A stretch of DNA of 62,816 bases, filler included, from Octopus bimaculoides (GCF_001194135.2; 6 parts of 6 records of this genome joined end to end with filler, not necessarily neighbours in it), one strand, 5' to 3'. Shown: positions 36,503-49,812, counted from the first letter of the whole stretch. Numbers and translations: made by a program. Notes: generated from the letters alone by a model not told the origin.

Positions 36503-37706
36503 TAAGTAGACAGTAGCACATGCAGAAAGGAGGAAAGGTTATAAATGAAAACTTCAAACCATTATATAACTGGTATAAATTCAATCTAATGAGAAAATAT
36601 TTCCTTATTCGACTTACTAGAAGAGCAGTCAGTTCTTACTTCATAATCCAATTTAGCTTTTAGGAAAGTAGGATATATCATATAATGCAGCCCTCAGGGG
36701 CAACCCTTTGCCAACAACAGGTCTTATGAGATTTTGTTAATTGTAGAAAGGGTTGCATGCCTATAAGAATAACTTAAGCACTGTACATGGTACACAGAAG
36801 ACAAGATATAAATTAAGATGAACATTAAAGGACAGCCTCTGGTTCACATTGAGAAAAGCAAACACTTCCCCCAATCTTTCTCGGACATCAACCAATGGGC
36901 CTCGAGCGATCGGGTCTGGTATTTCAAATTCATGATGTCATCAGGTAGGGTTACAAAAGGTAACTCGGTGTCTCCTAGCTTTTCCCCTATAGGAATCGTT
37001 CGCCATTTGGTTTGTCCGTGAGAAACGATTCTGTCGTCAGACAGGGTTTGTTTTCTATTCTTCTAGAGGCTGACCCCCTCCCCAACGCCAGTCCCCACCC
37101 AGGAAACCTAACCGGCTTGACTGGCCCAGTCATCTAACGTTTCGTTCAGGAGGCAGATATTACTGACCTACATGATATGAAATAGGTAATAATCTGATCT
37201 GACCTAAACTGACCCAAACTGACCATAACGCCATATACACCACTAAGCTAATCACAAAGATGATTATATTACAAACGTTCACTGAAGAATCATTACGTTT
37301 TATATAATCACATTTTCTGGGTTATAGAGAATTTCACCGCAAACATTTTTGCCGTAGCAAAATTCAACATAAAGAAATTTCGTTTTAAATGACATCACAT
37401 TTCGTTAATGTTTAACGTTGAATAAAGACTTGCATGCTTAATGCTTTTTATAAATCCCTTTATCATTCTTTATTCTAAAAAAGTGCTTTAACATTGTCCA
37501 TACACCGAAATTTTTCTGTATGGCGAAATTTTTGGACACGCATTCAAATTGCATGAAGGCCCACGAGTTGTTCGAGTGCCACAAACTTGACCACGTTTGT
37601 CTTAGATTTGCAATGTCTAGGAACATGACTGAATGATCACGAGCACAATGTCTGTGGTCAGTGGTTTCAATGATCAGATTTGATCTGGACCTAAACAACG
37701 ACGCCG

Positions 37707-37757
<51 letters not shown>

Positions 37758-37964
37758 ACAACAACAACAACAAAAACAACAGCTTGCTCGGTATTTTATT
37801 GAAAATGTTAGAATAAACGTCCAAATCAACTTCCTGCCTCCTCCGATGGTGCTTTGAATTAAGAAACTAAATGTACTTATCCGAATGCTGCTAGAGATAA
37901 TCTATCGATTCGGCGGCGATCGATCACCATATACGTTATTGATTTCTAAAACGTTAACACATTT

Positions 37965-38184
37965 TATATTTTACTTGTTTCCGTCATTAGACTGCCGCCA
38001 TGCTGGGGCACTATCTTGTATTCTTTACTCGGATGAATTGACTCTGTTACATATTACACTTTTTTTAAAAGCTTGATTGCTTATTCCACCTTTTCACTTC
38101 TTGTCGAACCACTAAGTTACGGGGATGTAAATATACCAACAATGGTTGTCAAGCGTTGTTAGTGGGACAAAGACACACACACAC

Positions 38185-38224
<40 letters not shown>

Positions 38225-38445
38225 GCACACAAACACACACACACACACAAACACACAAACATATTCATACATATGTACGACAGACTGTTTTCAGTCACCA
38301 TCTACAATGGTAGAGACTCCAAGGCTTTGGTCGGCTCAAAAGTATAGTAAAAAAACACTTGCGCAAGGTGCCACGCAGTGGGATTGAACCCAGAACCATG
38401 TGGTTGGGAAGCAAACTTCTTGCTATACATCTGCGCTTGCGCCTA
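37965..38445 (-). mobile_element. SINE family B (degenerate, full length)
   Basis: gccatgctggggca...cgaaccactaagttacggggatg...CA tract...ggtgccacgcagtgggattgaacccagaaccatgtggttgg. Confidence 0.8.
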
Positions 38446-38819
38446 TATATTTCACACTAATCTTCGTAACTGTACCAGATGTATTTGAGCCCACATACAA
38501 AGGCAGGGTTGCTAGTTCAAAAAAGGATAAAGGACGGTAAAATCTTGTAGATCCACAGGGCCGTGGTTTATAGAATCTACTGATGCGAGATACTCGTTAA
38601 TGGGTTCGATTCTTGGATGGATGATGAATAATTCAAGGACTACTCAGGGCACCAGCACAATTAATTAACGGAGTTTGAGACACTAATTAATGCTAGAAGA
38701 ACTTTAAACCTCCATTGCTTATATATCATCTAACAACCAGGAGTTTCGTATTTTCCTGAACTACTTCCTCTCCAGGGGGTGTATAATATTTAATCCATAA
38801 TAAATCGGAAATTTCTGAC

Positions 38820-39720
38820 CGACTTTATAACGTGGTGTTTTGTGAATATCCATGGTATTCGTTACGATTTGTTGTGTAATATGTATGGATTCAGTGTTAA
38901 ATTCGAAGTAATATGTATGGTATTAGTCGTAATTAGGGTACTCAGCTCACGACCTTAAGATCGTGAGTTCGATTTCCGGTGGAGCGTTGTGTCCTTAATT
39001 GAGACACTTTATATCACGTTGCTCCAGCAAAAAATGAGATGCACTTGTAATTGGAAAGATCATCCTTGTCACATTGTATGTCACACGGAATTTCCACGAG
39101 AACTACTTTATGGGTGCGCATGTCTATGGAGAGCCAAGCCACTGGCACATTAATTTCAGAAGCAGGCTGTTCCATTGATCGGATCAGCTGGAATAGCTAT
39201 TGTCGTAACCGACGGAATGACAGATTTTTAATTCATCAAATTTAGTATCTGTCATAAACCCCGAGTAATACGTATGGAGTAGTCATAAACTCAGAATTAC
39301 AAGTATGTTCTCAGTCATAAACATAAAGGAATAAAGGTGGTGTTCATTATAATCTTAATAAATATGGTACTGGATGTAACACTCTGTAATAATCTTGGTC
39401 TTAGTTATTATCATAAGTAATAAGAATAATATCAGTCATAAATTCTAGGTAATATGTATGGATTAGTAATAAAATACGTCAGTCGTATTTTTAATGTGTA
39501 GTGCCAGTTGTAACCTTCAGTAATAGGTATGGCATCAGTCGTAATACTAAGCTATTAGAACGGAGTCAGTCATAAACTTTGATATAGATCAGTCATAAAC
39601 TATAAGAAACATGTGTGGTGATACTCATAAGCTTGAAGTGCAATGTATAGCATTAGTCATAATCATAAGTCTGCGCCAGTCATGAACAGTTAAAGAATAA
39701 ATATGGTGTTAGTCTTAATA
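38820..39720 (+). repeat. Old degenerate minisatellite of about 31-32 bp (core agtcataa...gtaatatgtatgg) split by a SINE
   Basis: agtcataa-like cores near 39251, 39282, 39314, 39434, 39465, 39506, 39537, 39569, 39591, 39623, 39655, 39678, 39710; gtaatatgtatgg also at 38875-38930. Confidence 0.75.
38936..39225 (+). mobile_element. SINE family C inserted into the minisatellite
   Basis: gtgagttcgatttccgg..gcgttgtgtcctt...cacattaatttcagaagcaggctgttcc...gtcgtaaccgacggaatg. Confidence 0.75.
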
Positions 39721-39769
39721 TTGATTAATAAGACTAGGGTGAGGTAAGAAGTCTAAGATGGAGAAAATA

Positions 39770-39990
39770 GAGGTTTCAAATTTTGGGACAAGGCCAGCAA
39801 TTTTAATGGTGGGTTAAGTCGATTATATTGACCCAGTATCCAACTGGTATTTATTTTATCGACCTCTAAAAGATGAAATGCAAAGTCGACCTAGGTGGAG
39901 TTTGAAGTCAGGACATAAAGACGGACGAAATATCGCTTAGCATTTTGTCAGGGGTGGGGTGGAGGTGCTGATGATTCTGTCAGCTCCCTA
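39770..39990 (-). mobile_element. SINE, family A
   Basis: tttcaaattttgggacaaggccagc...tttatcgacc...caaagtcgacc...gacggacgaaatatcgcttagcattt. Confidence 0.8.
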
Positions 39991-40379
39991 CTTGAAGACG
40001 TAGGAACTATTACTTCTAAAAATGTATTGTTTTTTTTTTTTTAAGCCCTAGGCCAGACACATATCGTCAGAGGGTCAGTGTTATAACAATCCAGTGTCTG
40101 CAACCGCATTGTTGCTTAACCCCAGGTCAATGATGATGATGATGATGATGATGATGTTGATGAGGATTATCATAATCATGGTGGTAGTTTCGACGCTGAT
40201 GTTGGGGGTAACGATAAAACTGGTATTGGCAATAATGATTATGACTATAACAATGATGACAGACAAGGAGATGATGGTGATAAATTCGACGATGACAACC
40301 AAAGATGAAGATGAAGAGAACGAGGATACATCTGCACCTGATTCCAAAATCTACGTGCACGAATGAGTACATACATACA

Positions 40380-40425
<46 letters not shown>

Positions 40426-40725
40426 TATATATATATATCACTGTTTATCCTCCTCCACTGCACTTATTAACCTTGTTCCACAAGTTGTATTTTTAATCCC
40501 AACATTCATTGTGCCGGATCAATACAGGAAGTCTTATTAAGCAGTTTATTCCCACAAACAAGTTAATAACCGAGAAGTTGTCTGCATCACTCAAGCAGTG
40601 TGTGCGTGCGCGCGCGCGTCACATCATCATCATCATCATCATCGTCGTCATTATCGTCATCATCATCATGCATATATATATATGCATGTATGTACATGGT
40701 ACTTTTACACACAAAAAGTATAAAC

Positions 40726-40785
<60 letters not shown>

Positions 40786-41098
40786 NNNNNNNNNNNNNNN
40801 NNNNNNNNNNNNNNNNNNNNNNNNNNNNNNNNNNNNNNNNNNNNNNNNNNNNNNNNNNNNNNNNNNNNNNNNNNNNNNNNNNNNNNNNNNNNNNNNNNNN
40901 NNNNNNNNNNNNNNNNNNNNNNNNNNNNNNNNNNNNNNNNNNNNNNNNNNNNNNTCACTCAAATATTGAATGAAACCAGAAATTATAGACATTAATACTA
41001 ATTTATATCTATAATTATTTTATATATGTGGTTATATATAGGTATGTGAATATGTGTTTGCTTGTATGTGTATTTTTGTAACTCTACACGTATGTATG

Positions 41099-41129
<31 letters not shown>

Positions 41130-41350
41130 GTATGCCATGATTGTCACTTTCGGCCGTTTAAGGTCGCTGTCAGGAAGTATGTATACAATTATGTACGTTG
41201 ACTGCAGTATCAGAGCCACTTTAGCTCTTATTTTTAGCATTGTAGGTGTTCTAAGAGCGCCTGCCAATGGCAATTACAGTTTTCATTTTGGGTGATACAT
41301 TGCTAAACAGTTGTACGCATACGCACACACATATATATGTGTAGACATAT

Positions 41351-41395
<45 letters not shown>

Positions 41396-42624
41396 NNNNN
41401 NNNNNNNNNNNNNNNNNNNNNNNNNNNNNNNNNNNNNNNTTAATTAATTAANNNNNNNNNNNNNNNNNNNNNNNNNNNNNNNNNNNNNNNNNNNNCTGCA
41501 ATGTGGTGCATAAATTGTCAAGTAAATGAGATGCATCCTTGCCTCCACTGATTCACTTGCAAAGTGTTGAGTAAAATTATTTCGTTGCAGACCTCCTTTG
41601 GGTCTTTTTATTATCACTACGACACACATAGTCCCCAGTTGGTAACATTGATTTCAAGGCCCTCCTAGATGAGAGACTGGCATTCCACTTAATGTCTATG
41701 TTCCATGCTGGCATGGATTGGAGAGTTATTAATGTAGAAATATGGTATCGTAGCTACTAACAGTTGAGGGTTGCGTAGTCTAGACGGCGTTTTTAGATTT
41801 CATTATTCTCTTTAACCCGGGCAAAGCCGGGTATTTCTGCTAGTAATATATAAATGTATGCATATATCCGTACATGTATGTACATACCTACATCTATATG
41901 TATACCTCGAGTTGTAACTAATTCAAAGGGGCCTGCCTTGTCATATTCTGTGTATGGCTGAATCTCCCAGAGAGCTACGTTAATGTTATGTATGTCTGTG
42001 GAGGACTCAGCCATTTGTAAGTTAATTTTATCCTCGTGTGCTAATGAAAAGTGAAATTGACATCCAATATTTACTGTGTATATATATCTATGTATGAACT
42101 TTTCCTTGAATTTATGTATCTACTGTCTCTCTCAGTTTCTATCTTCCTCTTTCACTTCCTTTGTGTCCCTCTTCTCCTGCTTTTGATTTAACAATGTGTA
42201 ATATGTATCTATGTATCTACTTCTCATGCGACGAATGCCATCACCAGTCACTGTCTCTTTCACTCTCTTACTTTCTCTCTCACTTTTTCTCTCTCTCTCT
42301 CACTCTCTTTCTCTCTTACTTCCTCTCTGAAACATTTAAAAACACAAAACGAACGCCGTCACCACTCAATATCTCTTTCACTCTGTCTCTTTCTTTCTCA
42401 CTCTCTCACTTTCTCTGTCACACTACCTTTCTCTTTCACTTTCTCTCACTCTTACTTCATCTCTGTCTTCCTCTCTCTCGCTTTGCCACTTCTTTGGAGT
42501 AAGTGTGACGCACGCAACAGGTACGTACAAAAACAAAAAGTTAGCTTATTAATATTATTGATAATAATAATGATAATAAAATCAATATAAAAAATTAGAA
42601 AAAAACTAATATGAGAAATATATA

Positions 42625-42905
42625 AAAAATAGCAAAGTACAAAGACCTAGCTATTGAATTACAGAGACTATAGAAAGTGCGGATAAAATGTATCCCAGTA
42701 GTTATAGGTGTATTGGGAACTATCCCTAAAGATTTTCACAGATGGATAGTGGAAATAGGCATAAAATCCAGTTTAGTACAACTGCAGAAAACAGGGGGCA
42801 GCTAGGATACTTATGAGGGTCCTTGGCATCTACGGCAACTTGTTGTAGCCCGATGTTATGATTCTTTTCTTTTCCAACGATATAATCTGTTGAATGTATA
42901 TGAAT
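42625..42905 (+). mobile_element. R4/Dong-like LINE 3' end (RLE C-terminus and 3' UTR) with (TAA)n-rich flanks
   Basis: KIAKYKDLAIELQRL*KVRIKCIPVVIGVLGTIPK...ARILMRVLGI*; followed by (AAT)n(GAT)n at 42904-43047. Confidence 0.8.
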
Positions 42906-42909
42906 AATG

Positions 42910-43047
<138 letters not shown>

Positions 43048-43059
43048 TATTGTGTAGTG

Positions 43060-43770
43060 AAGTACTAATTTAGTACTGATATTCGAATGGAATTTGGACT
43101 CAAGAAGTGCAGAGAGATCGATCAAAAAGAGGCAAGGTAGACTCTAGCAAGGATGGAATTATCAAATAGAGACTTGATTAAACAAATTGAAACAGAAGGA
43201 TACATATACCTTGGTTTACTAGAGTTCAACGAGATAATGGAAAAGGAAATGGAAGAGCAACTGAAGGAGTATTTCTGAAAACGGAGGTTAGTGTTGCACT
43301 CAAAATTGACTGTATGGAATAAAATCCAAGCAGTTAATAGTGGATGATAGCAACACTTCGGTATGGAGCGGGAATTATGAAATGGCAAAAGAGAGAAATG
43401 GATACCAAGACCAGAAAAATGTTGACAGTACACGGAGTCTTTCACCCTAAGATTGACACCGAAAGGCTGTACTTCTCCAGAAGAAAGGATGGAGGAGGTT
43501 TGATCAGTTGCCAGAGTTGCATCGAAGCAGAGGATGGTATATAAAAAACAGCTTAGGGCGGTATATAAAAAATGCCGTGGAACCACTTTTGAAAAGCACG
43601 AGAAGGTCGGCGTCATCAAAACAGACAATTGTGCAACTAAAGAAAATTTTAAACAAGAAATGAACAACAAAAAAAGAAGAAAAAGCATGGAAGGAAAAGA
43701 AAATGTACGGTCAGTTTTGAAGACATATGAACGCCAAGACAGATACAGGGTCTCTTTCCACGATACTTAA
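43060..43770 (+). mobile_element. R4/Dong-like LINE internal fragment
   Basis: YIYLGLLEFNEI, NKIQAVN, ATLRYGAGIMKW, HPKIDTERLYFSRRKDGGGLISC, MYGQF. Confidence 0.8.
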
Positions 43771-43774
43771 CATC

Positions 43775-44360
43775 CAAGTACCAATCTCAAAATCCTCGCT
43801 GTCTTCATTAAAGCAGTTTTCTGAACATGTTCTCCCATGCCAATCCCAGTTTCTCCAACAAATTTCTCAAACCTGGTTCTTATAGATTTCAGTATCCCTA
43901 TAACGACTGGGATAATTACTTTGTCCATTGTCTAATTTCGTGCGGTTTCATCTTTTAGTGGCTTCGACTTCTCAAACTTTCTAGTTCATTATTACTCACT
44001 CGCACATTCCCAGACATAGAAATATCTATGATCTTGGTTCTTTTTATCATTTTATCTAGTACAATAATGCCTGGTCTTTGAGCATCAATCACTGAATCAT
44101 ACGGATTGTAAAACCTATAAGACCTTATACTTATTATTTTAGGTTTGCTTCCAATGTCCTTTAAAGGCGGAACTTCTCACAAAATCTCCAATGAACATAC
44201 TTAGCTATGTTATCGTGCCTACTTTTGTATTAATTTTGGGACGATATATGAAACCCTTTCATTTTTGGTGAGGCACATCCCACATACGGGTGATTCACTA
44301 CACTCATCTATTTGGAAATTACTGCAACTAGTGTTCATCGCTTGTTCTTTAGCGCTGCAT
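43775..44360 (-). mobile_element. R4/Dong-like LINE 3' segment in inverted orientation
   Basis: Minus strand AA.EQAMNT, CGMC, RHDNIAKYVHWRFCEKF, QRP.IIVLDK..KIIDISMSG. Confidence 0.7.
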
Positions 44361-44363
44361 AAT

Positions 44364-44575
44364 GAGTGATCTTGTGGGATTTTACGATCCAGCATGATTC
44401 AGTAATTGATGTTTAAAGATTAGACATTGTTGTAGTAGATAAAGTGATGGAAGAAACCAAGGTCATAGATATTGCCATATTTGGGGATGTACGAGTGGGT
44501 GATAAAGAACACATTTTTGAAATATTTTGCCGGCGACATGAAGATCAAAATTGAGTGGAAATATTTCAGAATTTC
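44364..44575 (+). mobile_element. Second copy of the RLE segment
   Basis: VILWDFTIQHDSVID..RLDIVVVDK..TKVIDIAIFGDVRVGDKE; close inverted DNA match to 44010-44100. Confidence 0.7.
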
Positions 44576-44599
44576 TGGTAATGATTTATGTTTCTCGAC

Positions 44600-44775
44600 A
44601 AATGTATGTATGTATGTATGTATGTATGTATGTATGTATATATGTATGTATGTATGTATGTGTGTGTGTGTGTGTATGTATGTGTGTGTGTATGTATGTA
44701 TGTATGTATGTATGTATGTGTGTGTATGTATGTATGTATGTATGATTATGTTTCTCGACGAATATATGTATGTAT
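44600..44775. repeat. (TATG)n/(TG)n microsatellite
   Basis: Directly visible. Confidence 0.95.
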
Positions 44776-46799
44776 GATTAAAATATCATTCCAATGTATA
44801 TACCACATCATGTCAAGATAAAAGGGGCCTGAAGACTGAAACCGGGCGTAATGATAGCTTGCACGGTTAGTTAATTTTTGTGGTGCGGTGTGTTGTGTAT
44901 AGTGTTGTGTGTGTCTGTGTGTTTATGTGAATATATATATGCATGTGTCTGAGTATCTAAGTATGTGCATGTGTGTATGTAAGTGCGTATATATAAGGTA
45001 TTTGAGTATGTGTGTGTTTATATGTGCATGCATGTATTACTAAAGAAAAGTACTAGAAAAATCTACATATTTTGATGAATGTTGATAAAATTTTGCACAC
45101 TTTTATTGCACTGCATACATACTCAATTTGTTGAAAGCGTGCAGTTTTCTTTAGACATTCACTTACATGAAGTAGTGTCACATTGATTACCTGTCCAGGT
45201 GTTAATCTATTTTCTAAGTAGTGAAGGTGAAGACTGGGAAATAAATGCTCACACGCTTTCTCTTTCATCAATTATGTAAATATACTGATAATCGCTAGAA
45301 AGTTATGTTCTATATCAGTACACAGCACTTTGCTTTTGCTCGAAACAGATAGTTCAAGCTCCTGATTAAATGCGTCATATTTTCATCGGACTATCTTTCT
45401 AATATTCTGTGTGCAGGAACATATGATGGTTGCCTCTGGTCGATTTCAGTGTATGAGTGTTTGAAGGAGAAAATTTAAAGTTTAAGAAATGTGGGCAAAA
45501 GTGAAAACAACTTTTAGAAAGAAAAGAACTAAGAAGCCGTATCTATTTGCGATGCATAAGTGAGTTTAATTTGAGTCCAGGTCTGGATTGTGGTATGCAG
45601 TCGCAATGGAGACGCTAATGATTTTGATGGTTGATAATTTTGATGATGCATCATTTTGTCAGTGATATATCAAATTGTGCTTAAATCAGATAAAAATTGT
45701 CCCAACTTCTAACATGATCTGCAGAAACAACAGACTAGTCAGGATTTGTGTTTCACTAACTACAAAAGGAAACAACAGGACACACAGGCTCACACAGACA
45801 CGAACACCCCCACCCCCTACACACACATACACACACAACACACACACAAACACACACACACAGAGAAACACAATGTCTAAATGCATCTAGTTTCATGAAA
45901 ATCAGTAAATTTATTCTAGCTTATAATGGAATACATTCAGTAACAAAACCGCAGAAACTGAAATGGAAAGAATATTAAATTACTGGCTGTATAAGGGCAT
46001 TTAAAAAAATGTTCATATGGGAGTAACCACTTTGAAAATCATGCATAGGTATATGTATGTGTGCATATATATATGTGTATATATGTACATATATCTACAT
46101 ATATATATGTATATATATATGCATATATATATGTATGTGAATATATGTATATATATTTTTATTNNNNNNNNNNNNNNNNNNNNNNNNNNNNNNNNNNNNN
46201 NNNNNNNNNNNNNNNNNNNNNNNNNNNNNNNNNNNNNNNNNNNNNNNNNNNNNNNNNNNNNNNNNNNNNNNNNNNNNNNNNNNNNNNNNNNNNNNNNNNN
46301 NNNNNNNNNNNNNNNNNNNNNNNNNNNNNNNNNNNNNNNNNNNNNNNNNNNNNNNNNNNNNNNNNNNNNNNNNNNNNNNNNNNNNNNNNNNNNNNNNNNN
46401 NNNNNNNNNNNNNNNNNNNNNNNNNNNNNNNNTATATATATATGTATATATATATATATGTATATATATATGCATATATATATGTATGTGAATATATGTA
46501 TATATATTTTTATTAATGACAGAATCGGTAGATGGAAGATGCGAGAAATTTTATTCATCAGTACATTTGTTTCGAGTCATCTAGTATCGTTCCATTGCGG
46601 ATCGGATATTGATCATCTGGTTTAGGTATTTCCAATGGTGTAGATGTGTCTCCTCACATGATTGAAAGAGGTATCTCTTTAAAATAAAATTTGTTGCGCA
46701 AGATTTCTCCTTGGACTTTGTATATAGACACAACAAATTTTGAAAGAATAAAAGAAGAGGGTGGGGATATAAAGATCTCACCCTCCCCTAGTGTTGAAA

Positions 46800-47991
46800 A
46801 CATGAGGAGAAGGACAGTCGTTTACAAAACGTACTGTCCTACATCGAAAAAATTCAAACATTTTGAAACGTGCAAAATAGAAAAAATGCCTGGCCCCCTG
46901 TATGGAAAGACATAAAGTACATAGCGAGGGGTAGGGTATATGGAACAATAGAGGCCAGATTTGAGACAGCCGAAAAAGCCCAAGAGCACCCAGTGATTCC
47001 CCTGAAAACGAAGGAGGTGGTGCTGCTTCCAACCTACATGTGAAGAAGAACAGCACGCGTCAAAGTGAATGAGGTACCACCAGAAATTGAGGCAAGTGAG
47101 GTGATGGCCGCCCTGTTGTATAACAGGACGGACAAAATTACTTTCCTCCAAATCACCCGCACTGCCCTACAAAATTGGCATGGGCAGAGCATCTCCGCTA
47201 TTATTCAGGGAACTCAGGAAGAGAGAGTGCTCTTGGGTGAGGATATTGCCCTCAGAATCCAGGTAGAGGGCAAGAAACCCACGTGTTTTGAATGTAGAAA
47301 AAAGGTCACATTCGCGTAGAATGTGAGATTTGGAAGAAAAGAATAAGTGCACAGACACCAGGCCCTTCAACTACTAAAAAAGACCCCAAACCCGCACACA
47401 AATTAGCCCCCACAGAAACAAATACTCCCAGCCCCCTATCTGTGGCACCCGCTCCCAAACAAGACGCCCAAAACCCCCAGGTCACGCACACACCGGTCCC
47501 GACAGAAGCAAATGCACCCACCCCCTCTGAAGTAATAACTCCCCCGGAAGACACCATGGAGGTGACCGAGGTGAGGTTCACGACACCCCAAAACAAAAAG
47601 AGAACGTACGCACTTTCCCCATCCATATCCACCCCCGTCCCCCCAAAAAAGAAGAAAAAAGATCCCGCCCCACTGTCCCAAAATTGAAAATAAAAGTCGG
47701 AACAAAAACCCTGGTAAAATTTGATATCAGGGATAAATATATCACGGACATCTTCAAGAAACACCACTCCGTAGAGCTGTTGCAGCAGCCCGAAGGCAAG
47801 GAAGAGAGATGTGCGTGGATAAGCGAAAAACTGTTTAAGGAGATGAAGGATAGGCATCCGAAAGCCATCAAGAGCATTCCGGACCGTCCGCGGTATTTGA
47901 AGGAGTCTTTGCAGAAGCAGGAGGAAAGGGCTGGCTCACACGTGGTGAAGTCAGCCCCAACATCACTAACAAAAGGAAAAGTCAAAGAGTA
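46800..47991 (+). pseudogene. Decayed ORF1 of an L1/Tx1-like retrotransposon
   Basis: VLLPTY..RTARVKVNEVPPEIE; frameshifted CCHC knuckle CFECRKK/GHIRVEC at about 47284-47325; Pro/Thr-rich linker; directly upstream of the endonuclease ORF. Confidence 0.7.
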
Positions 47992-48021
47992 AGTAGAACC
48001 CTTGCTTTTCTTTTGTTTTGA

Positions 48022-49250
48022 ATGACTACACTTAACCTCAGGTGCTTGAATGTGCGTGGTCTGAGTTCGAAGTGGAAGCAAGCTTGTTTCCTCGACGACC
48101 TCAGATCACACGACATGCATGTGATGGTTGTTACAGAGACCAAGCTGGACGGTCTACAAGCCTTCTCGCCCCTCCTGAATGACTACGATAAAATCATGTC
48201 TCCTAGCCGGAGCGGAGGGCGAGTGTGTGTAGTAGTACTGGTTCGAAAAGTCTTGGCTCTGCAGACAAGTACAGTCTATGTAGACCCAGAAAGTGGGCTG
48301 GTCGTCCTTGATGTGACATACAGCAGTAAGGCCTTCAGATTGATCGGGATCTATGCACCNNNNNNNNNNGCTGGTCGTCCTTGATGTGACATACAGCAGT
48401 AAGGCCTTCAGATTGATCGGGATCTATGCACCTTGTGCTAGAGGATTTCAAACTGATTTTTATCGGCGCCTACTGAACTTTCTCGTGACGTCGAAGACAT
48501 TAGTTTTTGGAGACTATAACGCTATAGTTGATGCGCGCATCGATAGCGTTGGCTCGATCCATAGGAAAATAAACTCACGTCTTGTAGATCTGCTTAAGCG
48601 TTTTCAGCTGGCAGATTGTTACAGACTTGACCACCCGAACGTCCCAGAGTGGACCTGGATGAGCGGCGACGGAAGGTTCAAGCATTACTTAGATAGTGAT
48701 AAGGACTGGAGATAAGTCTAGTTTAGCTGTCCACAGTTCGTACAAATAGCTTACACTGACCATAGAATGGTCAAGTGTACACTGGATGTAGATAGTACAG
48801 TTAAAAGAGGAACCGGCTACTGGAAGCTAAACAAGTCTATTTTGACTTGTGAGGCATACCGTAGCCGGATTAAGGGGTTAGTACAGAGTGCGTTAACCGG
48901 CACTGAGGTTAACAGCCGATGGTGGTTGGCTCTCAAGAGAGCCATTCATTTTTAGTCTGTTAGGTTTAGCTGTCAGCTAAGACTAGATAAGGCCAGAATA
49001 GAAGGGCAACTAGTTAAGGACCTAGAGGAGGCGTTGAGGTTGGGCTCCGCATCTCACATTTTGGCAGCGAGGTCGGCCTTGGACCGTCACCTCAAAGCCA
49101 AACCCGAGGGGTGCAGAGTTCGGGCTAAAGTACGCGCATTGGGCCGTGAGGGAATTAACGTTGCCAGATGGGCCCGTACGGAAGAAACCCAGCGTGGCAA
49201 TGATGCCACAATTAGGTCTCTTGTCGATGATAATGGGCGTTCGGTCGATT
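48022..49250 (+). pseudogene. ORF2 N-terminus (APE endonuclease and tether) of an L1/Tx1-like retrotransposon, cut off by an assembly join
   Basis: CLNVRGL, VTETKLD, RLIGIYAP, GDYNA, WTW, YLD, YTDHRMV, GYWKLN; stops and frameshifts. Confidence 0.85.
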
Positions 49251-49350
49251 NNNNNNNNNNNNNNNNNNNNNNNNNNNNNNNNNNNNNNNNNNNNTTAATT
49301 AATTAANNNNNNNNNNNNNNNNNNNNNNNNNNNNNNNNNNNNNNNNNNNN

Positions 49351-49560
49351 TATGGAGGCGCGTGGCCTAGTGGTCAGGGTGTCAGCACCATGATCGTAAG
49401 ATTGTGGCTTCGATTCCTGGACCGGGCGGCGCGTTGTGTTCTTGAGCAAAACACTTCATTTCACGTTACTCCAGTCCACTCAGCTGGCAAAAATGAGTAA
49501 CGCTGCGATGGACTGGCGGGAAACCGGGCCCACGAGCCTGGCTAGGCTTTAAAAGGGCGC

Positions 49561-49601
<41 letters not shown>

Positions 49602-49812
49602 CATATGTGTGTGTGTGTTTGTCCCCCGCCACCACTAGACAACCGGTGTTGGTCTGATTGTGTATGTGCCCGTAACTTAAGCGGTTCGGCAAAAGAGATC
49701 GATAGAATAAGTACCAGGCTCAATAAGAATCGTACTGGGGTCGATTTTTTCCACTAAAATTCTTCAGCATGGCCGTAGTCGAATGACTGAAAAAAAGAAT
49801 AACAGAATGAAA
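49351..49812 (+). mobile_element. Chimeric SINE: family C-type tRNA head with a family B 3' half
   Basis: A-box TGGCCTAGTGG (49363-49373), B-box GCTTCGATTCC (49407-49417); after the TA tract gtttgtccccc..gacaaccggtgttgg..ggttcggcaaaagag..gactgaaaaaaag. Confidence 0.8.

Noticed and set aside
36700-37140. Possible L1/Tx1 3' remnant on the minus strand
   Set aside because: Only one loose motif; no Cys-rich C-terminal signature found
39240-39720. CRISPR-like periodicity
   Set aside because: Eukaryotic context, no cas genes, inexact repeats and mutually homologous spacers; it is a minisatellite
48298-48431. Direct duplication of about 60 bp around a 10-N gap (similar at 22860-22898 and 46090-46512)
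   Set aside because: Typical overlap of contig ends across a gap; an assembly artefact
49363-49417. Possible tRNA gene (A and B boxes)
   Set aside because: Continues into a SINE body without a proper acceptor stem; it is a SINE head
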